The translations under genes were made by a program, and so were the position numbers. Under the pieces are notes generated by a model. That model did no database searches, was not told the DNA's origin, and saw nothing but the letters and a program-made list of their open reading frames with translations. Positions 1-11,151 of a stretch of 64,000 nt of DNA are shown here, piece after piece. The first letter of the stretch is position 1; every line of letters starts with the position of its first letter. Location of the stretch: contig RHPI01002090.1 of assembly GCA_009103225.1 (NCBI GenBank), positions 60,625-124,624 of the forward strand, given 5' to 3'. Source of the DNA: Chlorokybus atmophyticus (Eukaryota > Plantae > Mesostigma and Chlorokybus algae).

Positions 1-3000
1 GGGGGGCGGGGGCGGGAGGCTGCTTATGAGATAAATACTGAGTACAAGTGCAGATGTCACCAGAGATTTGTGACAAGACATAGTACACACGGCTAGCCTT
101 CACCCTGAACAACACAACCATCAACACACCTGAGGGCTAGAGCGCTGCCAACAACCCCACTCAAACCGCGTCCACAGTCACTGCCAGCGCTGAACATGCC
201 CGTATTGGCAAGAAGCACAACATACGAAGCACATCATGACATGGGCACAACCTGATAGCGTGCTAACAGGGTGCGCACTGCCGGCAACATACCCCACACT
301 CAGTAGAGTAACTACTGATGCCAAAGGATTGAATGGTTAAACAATGATCAGTCTTTGCGCACCGATTACGGTGCTGCTTTACACTGAGCAGTAGAAAACA
401 GGAGCTGCGATGCTCACGACGACATGAGCGTCTGACTGCAAATAAATGGTCTGACAAATTGTACACAACCCGCCACAGGGCTCTACATAGGTCCAAGACA
501 CCGTCATTAAAGAGATTGTAGAAGTGGTCTCATCTTGGCCTTCCTCCTCGCACGTGTTGAAGGTTATTATCTTCCTCTGTCACGGGGAGGCCGTGGCTTA
601 TCGGCCACCGCCCTCAGGCGGAGGAGGAGGTGAGTGGACGGGAGGGGGAGGTGAGGGGCTTGGGGGNGGGGCTGGGAGGTGGGGGCGGGCGGGGGCTGGG
701 AGGTGGAGGAGAGGGCGGGGGGGCCGCCACGTGGGGCCCGCACTTGGGGCAGAACCACCCGCCGAAGGAGACCGCCCTTGAGGGCAGATCGTGGCAGACA
801 GAGTCCGCCTCGGCACCCGCGGAGGCATGGCCGTCCAGGAACAGGGCCGACTCTGCAATGCACAACACATCGTGAGCAGCGACACACAGAGTTCAACTGC
901 ATGTAACTGTGCATGTGTAAGTGTGCACGCGCGTGCATGCACTGTTATCCTGTACTGGTTCAGCAGTCAGAGCTTGATGGCGTACCCATATAGAGATGGG
1001 TAGTCTCCTTGTTCACGGTGGCGAAGTCGGTGAAGTTGGTGCCGTCGTTGGAGGCTAGGACATCGACGTACTGCGGGGTGATGCGTCCGGGAGACTCGCA
1101 GAGCACCATGTTGTGGGAGTCAAACTGTGCGCGGGTCTCAATTGGACCAAACTTGCACTTGAGCTGCAGGCTGTCGCTGAAACCCCAGCCGTACACTTCG
1201 GTCATGCACCCACCCTCGCAGGGACCCACGACATGCTCAATGCCGAGAGTGCAAGGCACCACTGCGGACACACACAACCCTCAGTTCAGTCCTCCTGCAA
1301 ACACTCCTCACTCCAAGCCATCATTGTAATGAGACAACATGTGTCTTACTTGATGGGATGGCGGCGTGGCTAGCAGTGGGCAGGGGCAGCGGGGCGGCCG
1401 CGCTCAAGTCGTTGTTGTTGCTGGACAGGTCGTTGAAGGTGCTGGCGGCTTCGCCGGGGCGCATGCCGTACCAGCCGCGCAGGCCTTGCATGGCGTTGTC
1501 AAGGATGGTGCGCGCGTACGCATTCTCGACATGGTCATCCTCATCCAGGACACGGTTCCACACGCGCACCTCATCGATCTTGCCGACGAAGGGCTCGTCG
1601 TCGCCGTGGCCAATGGTGAAGGTGCCCTTGTTGTCACCATCAGCATTGTTGTCGGGGCGGGAAGAGGTGGAGAACTCGGTCACCGAGTAGATGGTGGTGC
1701 CGTGCATGTTGTTCATGTACGGGCCAATGGGCTTGTTGTCAACATACAGGTAGCCGCTGAAGGACAAGTCACAATAGCAATGTCAGCCCTGGCGAGAGAG
1801 TGCATGCATTGCAGATGTAAAATGAAGTGAAGAGACAATACCTGTTGTCTGGCTGGATGGTGATGGCAACGTAGTGCCACTTGTCGGAGCAGAAGGTGTC
1901 GGGGGAGAGCACGTCGCCGATGTAACAATCGGAGTAAAAGAAGTGGCCCTTGCCTGTGTCGGCGTCCTCAAACCACTTGAGGGCGTTGCGAACATGGAGG
2001 CCGTCGTCCATGCCACCAGCGTCGCTCGCGGAGCCCTCGTTGCGGTCCGAACCGAACCACAGCACCGTCATGTTGCTGCCCTTGCCCGCGCTGCTGGGGT
2101 ACACCCACGCGGACACGGTCAGACCGCCGTCGGGGTAGATCTCATCGCTCAGGCTGGAGGACATCACTGCGCTGGGAGTGCCCGCGGCAAAGTTCAGGAC
2201 GGGATCTGCACAACAACACAGATAGAACAGTTCAACCACCACATCAACTCGGCTGGGCTGCCTGCTGTTGCGGCGCCACAGTCAATTGTTCCTGGTGCGA
2301 AATGGTTCATGCAAAGGTTCCTGCTGTCTGTTGTACTTACTCCTGACTTGGTACTGATAGCACCGCACGGCCGTCTGCAGAGCGCCAGCGCTGGCCTGGA
2401 AGCAGACGGTGTAGGCGCACTCCTCGCCCTCCTGGGGCGTGAAGCAGTAGTTCTGGGTGAATGGGCTCGTGCCGCTGGCATCATCAAAGTCGCCGCTTCT
2501 GCAAAGCACCAGAAGACGGTTGGATCAGCTTACTAAGCTGACTGTCACTGAAAATAATGTGTGATGAACTCAGCTGCTCAATGACTGCCCCACAACAAAA
2601 GAACCCACTTTCAGCTGCCTGCGTGTCTTAGCTGTGAATGACAGCTGAGGGAACTGTGTGTGGAAGGGCGGGGGAGGAGGGCGNNNNNNNNNNNNNNNNN
2701 NNNNNNNNNNNNNNNNNNNNNNNNNNNNNNNNNNNNNNNNNNNNNNNNNNNNNNNNNNNNNNNNNNNNNNNNNNNNNNNNNNNNNNNNNNNNNNNNNNNN
2801 NNNNNNNNNNNNNNNNNNNNNNNNNNNNNNNNNNNNNNNNNNNNNNNNNNNNNNNNNNNNNNNNNNNNNNNNNNNNNNNNNNNNNNNNNNNNNNNNNNNN
2901 NNNNNNNNNNNNNNNNNNNNNNNNNNNNNNNNNNNNNNNNNNNNNNNNNNNNNNNNNNNNNNNNNNNNNNNNNNNNNNNNNNNNNNNNNNNNNNNNNNNN

Positions 3001-4131
3001 NNNNNNNNNNNNNNNNNNNNNNNNNNNNNNNNNNNNNNNNNNNNNNNNNNNNNNNNNNNNNNNNNNNNNNNNNNNNNNNNNNNNNNNNNNNNNNNNNNNN
3101 NNNNNNNNNNNNNNNNNNNNNNNNNNNNNNNNNNNNNNNNNNNNNNNNNNNNNNNNNNNNNNNNNNNNNNNNNNNNNNNNNNNNNNNNNNNNNNNNNNNN
3201 NNNNNNNNNNNNNNNNNNNNNNNNNNNNNNNNNNNNNNNNNNNNNNNNNNNNNNNNNNNNNNNNNNNNNNNNNNNNNNNNNNNNNNNNNNNNNNNNNNNN
3301 NNNNNNNNNNNNNNNNNNNNNNNNNNNNNNNNNNNNNNNNNNNNNNNNNNNNNNNNNNNNNNNNNNNNNNNNNNNNNNNNNNNNNNNNNNNNNNNNNNNN
3401 NNNNNNNNNNNNNNNNNNNNNNNNNNNNNNNNNNNNNNNNNNNNNNNNNNNNNNNNNNNNNNNNNNNNNNNNNNNNNNNNNNNNNNNNNNNNNNNNNNNN
3501 NNNNNNNNNNNNNNNNNNNNNNNNNNNNNNNNNNNNNNNNNNNNNNNNNNNNNNNNNNNNNNNNNNNNNNNNNNNNNNNNNNNNNNNNNGGGCGGCGGCG
3601 AAGAGCAAGTGGTTGGAAAAGCACACAATGTGTGTCAAACATTTCTTCTAAAGCGCGTGTGTAAGCATGCATTGGCATGACGGTAAGCTGAAAAACACTG
3701 ATCCGTGACACATTACGCTTGTGACTGATGGACGCTAATCATCGGAGTGTGACGCATAGCATTGGACATCGCTCAACTGCATGCTGCAAAAGTGCGAGCT
3801 TACTAGAATATGCTGCATTGCTGAGGTTTATGCAAGGCAAAAGGGTGAGAACTTACGGGGGGAAGTTGATGTCGGCGTAGGGGAAGGTGAATGTAGGATA
3901 GCCATTGCCGGCTTCGGTGACTGCGCTGATGTTGATGGATCCAGTGGCGCCGCCTCCTAGGCTGGCTGTGAGGGGGATGCAGACCTGCTCCCCAAGCCAG
4001 ACCGGGATCACCGAGCCGTCCGCCTTGGTGGACCCGCTCCAGGAAACCGTCGGGGCAGCCGCTGCCAGCGACGCCGCCACGAGCGCCCAGGCCAGCAACG
4101 CCAACGGCGCCATGCGGGCCATAGACCCCAT
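1..4131 (-). CDS. Secreted multi-exon protein with LamG/concanavalin-A-like domain(s) and an IPT/TIG domain; 3' end lies beyond the window, middle hidden by a gap
   Basis: Signal-peptide-like N-terminus MGSMARMAPLALLAWALVAASLAAAA (ATG 4131/4122/4113) with GTAAGT donor at 3856. LamG motifs LTVSAWVYP, KWHYVAIT, FVGKIDEVRVWNRVL. IPT-like GPCEGGCMTEVYGWGF...LKCKFG...VLCESP...VDVLASNDGTNF. A second SFGGWFCP motif lies near 760. Confidence 0.7.
2684..3589. other. Assembly gap (N run)
   Basis: Run of N flanked by G/C-rich low-complexity tracts; all ORFs spanning it are artefacts. Confidence 1.
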
Positions 4132-6258
4132 CGCCGCCCTACCCCACCGCCGCCACCGCCACCGCCGCCCCCCGCCGCTCAGCCCAAGCCTGGTGGTTGC
4201 CCTACACACAATGACGGTTAACTTCGCTCCCACACAAGCCAAGCTTCGGGCAGTTATTTTTGTGCGGGTTGGGTATGCAATGCATTGCGACTGAAATGTG
4301 TTTCCCGGTTCTGCAAGGTCCTTCCCTAATCAGGACTATCAACTGTCCCATGCGATGGGATGGTTGTGAGCCAGGTGGAGAGGTCCCAGAGGGAAGTTTG
4401 ATGAAGGTTGTTGGGAAATTGGCCCCGCGTGGCGACCGTTGCATGAACGTCTTCAAAATTCCGGCGCAAGGATCTCCATCACGTGCGGTCGAACCGCCGT
4501 GCTGGCAGCGCTGACGAGCGCAAAGTTACCTCCGATATAAGACAACATGCCCTTCGGGCAAAAACCTATCAATGTGATGCTTTCAAAGCAAATAAAGAGC
4601 GTTAACCAAAAGCCTTCAAGGGCAATTTGTTAGAACTAGGAAAGTCTCTCTTCATGGGAGTCTCAACGCCTCGCATAGCCTTTGAAGACTCTTCATTACG
4701 TCACATATGATGCTGTCACGATACACATAATCCTACTGACATCAATTGCCGTGTTACTATTTATTTTTCCAACATACTTTTTACAAGATAATAAATCTGT
4801 ATGAAAGATGAAAGCTTATTGTACTTTACGTAGATTATATTTCACGTCCAGTGCGACATGCATGTAATGATGCTCAATGAGCACATAAAATACGCAAGAC
4901 ATCTTACAATATTAATAGTATAATGTAACCTCCAAGCATGTTTATCATCATCCATTTTCGTTACAAGCAACACACATGTCTCCACCGTAGAGACATGTGT
5001 GTTTTTGTTTTAGTCATGACGATATTCCTTGTTACAACGCGTGCTGTTTTTTGTTCAATTGCAAGGAGATTTTGACAGCACATGCTGTGCAATGCTTGTC
5101 ACAACATGTTGACAATAAATGTCGATTTTTTGTATATAAGATTGACATTTGTATACAATGACATGTATTTTGTATTCAACGTCATACGTCGGTAGTATAG
5201 TACATGGAGTGTCAACCGATGCGTTACAAGAACCGCCTTGCAGCAATTGCTGCTTCATATAACAAATCGAACCAATCATGTAGTTGTGCATCGGCGTATA
5301 TGTTTCTCATATATGCTTGACGTTTCTAAAACCAATTTGTATAATATATTTGTTATAAACCTTTTGTAAATGAAAGTTGGATGACACCCCCCCTCCCCCC
5401 CTCCCTCCCTCCCTTCCATACGGCATTGCACTATGAGTTATTTTGTATCCTTAACAATACAATTAATGATGTGTTTATTGTTCTACGGAATGTGTACATA
5501 ACGTCGCAAAATGTTTCCCCTGCCGGCCGACTAAATATTGGCAATGGCCGTGCAGCTGAGGATACCCATTTAGAATGTCCTGGCTCAGTCCACCTGCAAT
5601 CTTGATAAAGAGACCTGTGTATAACGGCTGTCACAATTGATCGGCGGCCGTCTGCATAAAGGGACCGACCCTAATTGATAGGTACCTATAAGGTACTCAG
5701 CAGTTAAGCAAAGGGGACTTGACCTAATAAATCGATACCCAACAGTTGGGCACATGCGACTTTACATGAAAGGTAATTAACTGTTAGGTGCCTGTACAGT
5801 ACCTTATGTAACCTAACGATATTTTTGAAGGTACTAACAGGTGCCGTTGATACTGTGAGAGAGAGACGGCATGTCAACAAGCAAAATTGCCATTTAAAAA
5901 GATAAACATAAATTAATAACACATTACATGCTGTTGCTATACTGTGAACTACTACTACTCCACTACCCTCCACTACCCTCAGGGTGTATGGCTTACACTA
6001 GGTCCTAAACAAAGTCGCTGCTCTTTCGCTCCTGCACCGCCGCTCCTCCTCCGCTTCCACCGCCTTGTCGCCACTCTAGCACCTCCGCCTGGCCTGCTTA
6101 GCAAGCAGAGCGGTTGGGCTGTTACGCAACACAACAGCATTATACACACACACGCAAACAAATTCACCTACTATGCCATTGCCGCCGCCCTGGCCTGGCC
6201 TGGCCTGGCCTGGTCGGCCTAATCTGCTCGCAAGAAGGGCAGTGTGACGCTACGCTAT

Positions 6259-6363
6259 TGTTACGGCAGCCAGGGAGGCTGGGCGTAATACATAAGAATG
6301 AGAATAGTCATAAATCCCACCATGGTCTTTTATGGCTAAGATGGCCGGACCCTTGTCGTAACA
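6259..6363 (+). repeat. TRIM 5' LTR
   Basis: 105 bp, TG...CA ends, identical to 7270-7374. Confidence 0.92.
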
Positions 6364-6794
6364 ATTGGTATCGGGGCTGACAACCTAAAGGTCGTGGGCT
6401 CGACTCCCAAGGGGGATAGAGCAGCGATTTTTCGGTTGGCAAAGATCCGGGGATGGATGAACCCGCGGCCTTGGGCAAGCCGCAGGTAGGAGAGACCCGC
6501 GACCTTGAGCAAGTCGCGGTTAGGGGACGGCAAGAACGCGATGCGGCATGGCCGGTCGCTAGAACGTTCGCCAGCGTGCGAGCGAGAATGTTTGCCGGCG
6601 TGCGAACAAGAACGAGATCGAGGATCTCGAGAACGACAATGCGGGCTGGGCAAGTCGCGTCGAGTCGCGCAAGAGGCGCCGGCCGAGAGAAGCATTGGTC
6701 GAGACAGCTCGGTCGCCCGCCCCGCGGGCGACCGAGGGCTGAGAATCCCTATAAGGATACGCACGAGGGCGTGCTAAGTTCTAATGGGGAGGTA

Positions 6795-6899
6795 TGTTAC
6801 GGCAGCAAGCGAGCTGGGCGTAATACATAAGAACAGAAATAGCCATAAATACCAACCATGGTCTTTTATGGCTAAGATGGCCGGACCCTTGTCGTAACA
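6795..6899 (+). repeat. TRIM internal LTR (divergent variant)
   Basis: 105 bp; differs from the outer LTRs only in its 5' half, while the segment from CCATGGTCTTTT to the end is identical. Confidence 0.92.
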
Positions 6900-7269
6900 A
6901 TTGGTATCGGAGCTGACAACCTAAAGGTCGTGGGCTCGACTCCCAAGGGGGATAGAGCGGCGATTCTTCGGTTGGCAAAAGTTCTAAGGAAAGTGCACCG
7001 CGGCCTTGGGCAAGTCGCAGGTCGGAAGGAACGAAAGGGACGGCAAAGAACGCGATCTAAAACGGTCGCTCGAACAGAACGTTCAAGAGAACGGCAGACA
7101 ACGTTCTCGAGAACGAGAACGAGAACGACCGCGCGGTGTTGACCCGCCGGTCGTAGAAATGACCGAACTGAACCGGTCGAGATGGCTCGGTCGCCCGCGG
7201 GCGGAGGGCTAAGAAAAAGAACCCTATAAGAAGTAGCCGAGGACGTGCTACATTCTAATGGGGGAGGTG

Positions 7270-7374
7270 TGTTACGGCAGCCAGGGAGGCTGGGCGTAAT
7301 ACATAAGAATGAGAATAGTCATAAATCCCACCATGGTCTTTTATGGCTAAGATGGCCGGACCCTTGTCGTAACA
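7270..7374 (+). repeat. TRIM 3' LTR
   Basis: 105 bp, identical to 6259-6363, followed by TSD GCTAT. Confidence 0.92.
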
Positions 7375-8223
7375 GCTATTGCGCTCAACACAATGACATT
7401 CACACATGTTTATAAATGCAAACAGGCTCACCTGCTGTGCCGCCGCCGCCGCCGCACATTTGCCAAACTTGCTTGCGCTGCTATTTGGGCAGCAGCAGCG
7501 TTTCAAATGCACGACGGCTTCAATGGCGCTAACGTACCATCAAATAGTACGAGTGTGCCATGGTATCTGTATCCTCATGGACCTACGGTACCATCGCAAT
7601 GGTATCATAGGTTCATTAAGTGTTCTAGTTAACTATTTCGGACTGATATGTCAATGTCCCACCTCGCCGCCATCGCTTCCCTAAGTTAAGACTAAGCAGA
7701 GACTTGCTTACTAAAAAAGGCATATCGCCGCTACGGGCTTTGTACGGTCGATGGCCGGCCGCCGGTAAAAGGGACTAACGGGTATCATTAGTTGCCATTG
7801 GGGGCTTAAGAATCCATCTAATTGCTATTATAAGTAAGTCGCCGCGGTGGTCCCTTTACCATCGGCGTTCGGCCGTCGTCACAATTTGATTTCGATTTTA
7901 TCAACAAGAGCTCATTGTTGAGAGCTTGTTGCAGACGTTTGATGTACAGCAAGATGACAATGCGTGAATTGTATAAGCGCTAGCTGTAAGTTTGACACAG
8001 TCTTCAGGCCTTGATTGCATGCGCATGCTTTGCAATCAAGCCTAGCGCTTTGATGCTCAAATGTTGTTATCTTGTTCTAATTTGCTTTACGGTATCTTGA
8101 AATCGATGCTGCTCTTTGCTACGGTATCAATTGTCAATATTTAACTGCCTCACACATCTGCATCCCATAGCACTTCACGCATTGACCCAGCGCGTCTTTG
8201 CTAAGGTGTTTGATAGGGTGAGG

Positions 8224-8339
8224 GTGTCCTATGCAAGGCAACTCTCATAAGAGATGATCCTATCCTCGGCCTTTGTTGCCTTGCACATGACACCCGCAGT
8301 TGCGTAGTAGGAGTGTCCCATGCAAGGCAACACAAAGGC
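8224..8339. repeat. Three alternating-orientation copies of a 19-27 bp motif (fold-back)
   Basis: GTGTCCTATGCAAGGCAAC (8224-8242, +), GCCTTTGTTGCCTTGCACATGACAC (8269-8293, -), GTGTCCCATGCAAGGCAACACAAAGGC (8313-8339, +). Confidence 0.7.
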
Positions 8340-9660
8340 TAAGAATATGTGAATGTACACATGCCATTACGTTATGTATGTGCGGCACATACACAACTAC
8401 CGCACGCATTTCCTATACACTTGCATGATAGCAAAAAGTAGTGCAGATGCAAGTGCAATGCCATGCCATGCAATGCCATGTCATGCTCATGCAAGTGAGC
8501 ACATAAAATTAGCCAAGCACATGCAAGGGTTAGGATTGAGTAATAAGTCACTTCAGCTTACCATCCAAATAAAGCCTTCAATTGCCTCTCGGCCCGTTAG
8601 GTGCGATGCAAATCATCGTGGGGAGCATTGCAGCAGATAGGGTAACCCACAAGTGAATAGTGTGTGACTACTGCAGTTCTTCTATGCAACGCGCGGGTGT
8701 GTTGCGTATGGTGTGCATGTGTGCTTGCAGATGCAATGACCATCGTAAGACTGCGAGACTTGCATTTCCCGTGCTGGCTTGGTATATGCACCATCAAGGC
8801 TTGAGACGCTTTTTTACATCCAAGCGTGAAGTACAAGCCAGGAAGGCCGGCCAGGCACGCCCAGCTGGAGCACATAACTGCAATGGTGATTAAGTGTGTT
8901 TATCTATCAGCTATGTATGTTTCCATGGTAACAAGTCTATTGCGTCCAATGTACATACGCAAGACTGAGTGACTGACGGAGACTCTAGCATAGCATGGCA
9001 ACAAACAATGCACATACAGAGTTTGGCACTGGTACACAACCAAGTCAGCGGCAGGCAGCAGCCAGCATAGGTGATAGTGAAAAGTACACATTGGCCTTTG
9101 GCAAGCAGTAGCACGCAGCAGTAGGCAAGTCCGACAGTACACAAGGAATGTGTCAATCCGCATTAGGCAAGCAGTAGCAAGTTGCGGCAGGCAGTACAGC
9201 AGCCATACAGTTATCGAATAAGCTGTGCCATACATGGTTGGCTAGAGGTCTGCCACCATACCTAGTACCTGATATGTGACGAATCACATAGCAATCAATG
9301 CCAAGCAAGTACAACAAGCTAGAAGCCAATTGCAACCTGCCTGCATGTGCTAGCCCTACAATTGCAGCACGTAGCAAGAGCAGTCTTACATACACAATGA
9401 GCAGGGCGGGTGTTATGCAGTTGAAGGATCTGGTCTGTCTTGCTCTTGCTGTTGATGCTTACAACACGCACTGACATACTTGCAATGACACACAACAAAA
9501 GGCTATTGCAAAGCATGTGCTACCCCTACCACTGCAGCAGGGCAGCTGCGTGGAAGATCACAGGCAGGAGGAAAATATCAAATTATGTACGACACCAACA
9601 GTTCGAGGTGTCCCTGTGTTGCTTGCTACTGAGACAACAAACTAACGTCACGAGCGCAGC

Positions 9661-10884
9661 TTACAGTTCAGCTGTGCCTGACGCCTCGTCAATAGCAAGC
9701 TCACCACTGTCCGCGATCTTGATCACCTTGGAGGTCTTGCCACTAGATGAACCGTAGCCCTCAACCTTGGTGACAACGTCCATTCCCTCAATAACCTTGC
9801 CAAAAACCACATGCTTGCCATCCAGCCTGTGATGCAACAGAATGTCAGCTCTGGCTGGCAGGGGATACACATGCATGCTCATACGATTCAGAGCATCATA
9901 GATACTGAATGTGCAACGTTACCAGCTCGTCTTCACAGTGGTGATGAAAAACTGAGAGCCATTGGTATCGGGGCCAGCGTTAGCCATAGACAGGAACCCT
10001 GCATAGCAAACACAAGTAAGCAACCAAACCGATATCCATGCAGACAGCCATGCTGATCTACCTGGGCCGGTGTGCTTCAACTTGAAGTTCTCATCAGCAA
10101 ACTTGATGCCGTAGATGGACTCCCCGCCCATCCCGTTGCCATCAGTGAAGTCGCCGCCTTGCAGCATGAACTGCGGGATGACGCGGTGGAAGACGGAGTT
10201 CTTGTAATGCAGCGGCTTGCCCTTGTTGCCAACGCCCTTCTCTCCGGTGCAAAGCGCACGGAAATTCTCTGCACCACCAGTACAAGGAAATAGCTCAGAT
10301 GCTGAGCATAAAACAAAACCAACCAAACAACCATGTCTCATGTGCTCACGACTTGATGCCAGCAGTGAACTGTGCAAAGAAGCTGCGCAACAGTGCATGA
10401 GAATAATACACGAATGCAGTGCCTTACCGACTGTCTTAGGCACCACCTTGCCGAACAGACCAATCACGATGCGGCCTGTTCACACAAGACATACAGTGGT
10501 GATGACGATAATTTTTTGCAACGAGTACAAAAGCCGCGACTACTGCGACTAGCACTGGCAGCACCTGCCGGCGAGCCATCAATCTCAACGTCGAAGTACA
10601 CCTTGTTGGTGACTTCAGCGTCCCCAACAGACTTCCCGCCCTTCTGGCCAGCAACAAACGGCCTCAGCACAAAACATGCAGTTGCCATGTCCGGAAGCAA
10701 AGGCAATGCTGCATTACGTTGCGAGTGCAGCTTATGAGTTCAGTGGCAGAGCAACGGCTGACAAGCAACAAGTATGACGAGGGAGATGAAGGTGCATGCA
10801 CAGGAGCACACTCACCTTCTTGGCCTCGCATGAAGCCGCGACCGCAAGCACGAGAACAGCAAGCAGCCACCACTGACGCGCCAT
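9661..10884 (-). CDS. PPIB: ER/secretory cyclophilin (peptidyl-prolyl cis-trans isomerase, cyclophilin B/CYP20-1 type), 6 coding exons
   Basis: Signal peptide [21 protein letters not shown]. Motifs [92 protein letters not shown]. Ends in TAEL*. Canonical splice sites keep the frame. Confidence 0.95.
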
Positions 10885-11142
10885 AACTACAGCACTGACA
10901 CACGCATTTTGTTAAGTCAATACCACAATATTACAAAGGACCATGCGCAGCGTCACACTCGACCAAACAACGGCAAAGCAAACGCACACCACGCCACGCC
11001 ATTGCATGCAAAGCGACCAAGGCGCACAGTTTCGTGCTTGTCCTCAGCAGCTGACCTGGTTCACCTTCCCGCCTGCCGCCCACGACACCGAGGACACCAA
11101 CAACACCAACGCTGGCAACGCCACTGACACTGCCGCTGCTCA

Positions 11143-11151
11143 AAACCCTAA
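11143..11151 (+). promoter_or_regulatory. Telo-box-like motif AAACCCTAA in the divergent cyclophilin/RSP3 upstream region
   Basis: Exact AAACCCTAA near the likely cyclophilin 5' end; function is inferred only. Confidence 0.3.

Larger units (their letters stand above)
6259..7374 (+). mobile_element. Tandem TRIM (terminal-repeat retrotransposon in miniature): LTR-int1-LTR'-int2-LTR
   Basis: Three 105-bp LTRs with TGTTAC...GTAACA ends (6259-6363, 6795-6899, 7270-7374). tRNA-iMet-type PBS TGGTATCGG(G/A)GC 2 nt after LTR1 and LTR2. Purine tract AATGGGG(G)AGGT before LTR2 and LTR3. 5-bp TSD GCTAT at 6254-6258 and 7375-7379. No gag/pol ORF. Confidence 0.92.
5497..7890. mobile_element. Non-autonomous dispersed repeat (probable TIR DNA-element derivative), copy 1, host of the TRIM insertion; right end approximate
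   Basis: 5502-5727 aligns with 17078-17303 (CGTCGCAAAATGTTTCCCCTGCCGGCCGACT ... CTGCATAAAGGGAC ... GGACTTGACCTAA). Both copies also share an ACT-rich microsatellite, a (CTGGC)n tract, a (GCC)n tract and TAAGTA(A/G)GTCGCC...CGGCCGTC motifs. Confidence 0.55.

Noticed and set aside
598-760. Extensin/pherophorin-like SPPPP repeats in ORFs 598-942 and 614-868
   Set aside because: All three frames stop soon afterwards. An in-frame splice CAC|GTGGCG...ACAG|AGG (about 733 to 577) would give GWFCPKCGPHRKIITFN, which fits a LamG repeat, so the C-rich tract is more likely intronic. An N in the tract leaves some uncertainty.
2570-3711. Long ORFs of 330-370 aa
   Set aside because: They consist of X residues spanning the N gap.
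6370-6412. Functional tRNA-Val(GAC) gene
   Set aside because: The anticodon stem pairs poorly, and there is no D stem or proper acceptor stem; treated only as tRNA-like promoter sequence.
6259-7374. CRISPR-like or simple direct-repeat array; autonomous LTR retrotransposon
   Set aside because: The repeats are 105-bp LTRs with PBS, PPT and TSD, and the spacers are homologous to each other. No gag/pol coding capacity; the ORFs at 6336-6830 are incidental.
8350-9520. Numerous Cys/His/Met-rich ORFs here and across the window
   Set aside because: They are translations of TGCA/CACA/GTGT-rich intronic or intergenic low-complexity DNA, or shadow frames of real exons.
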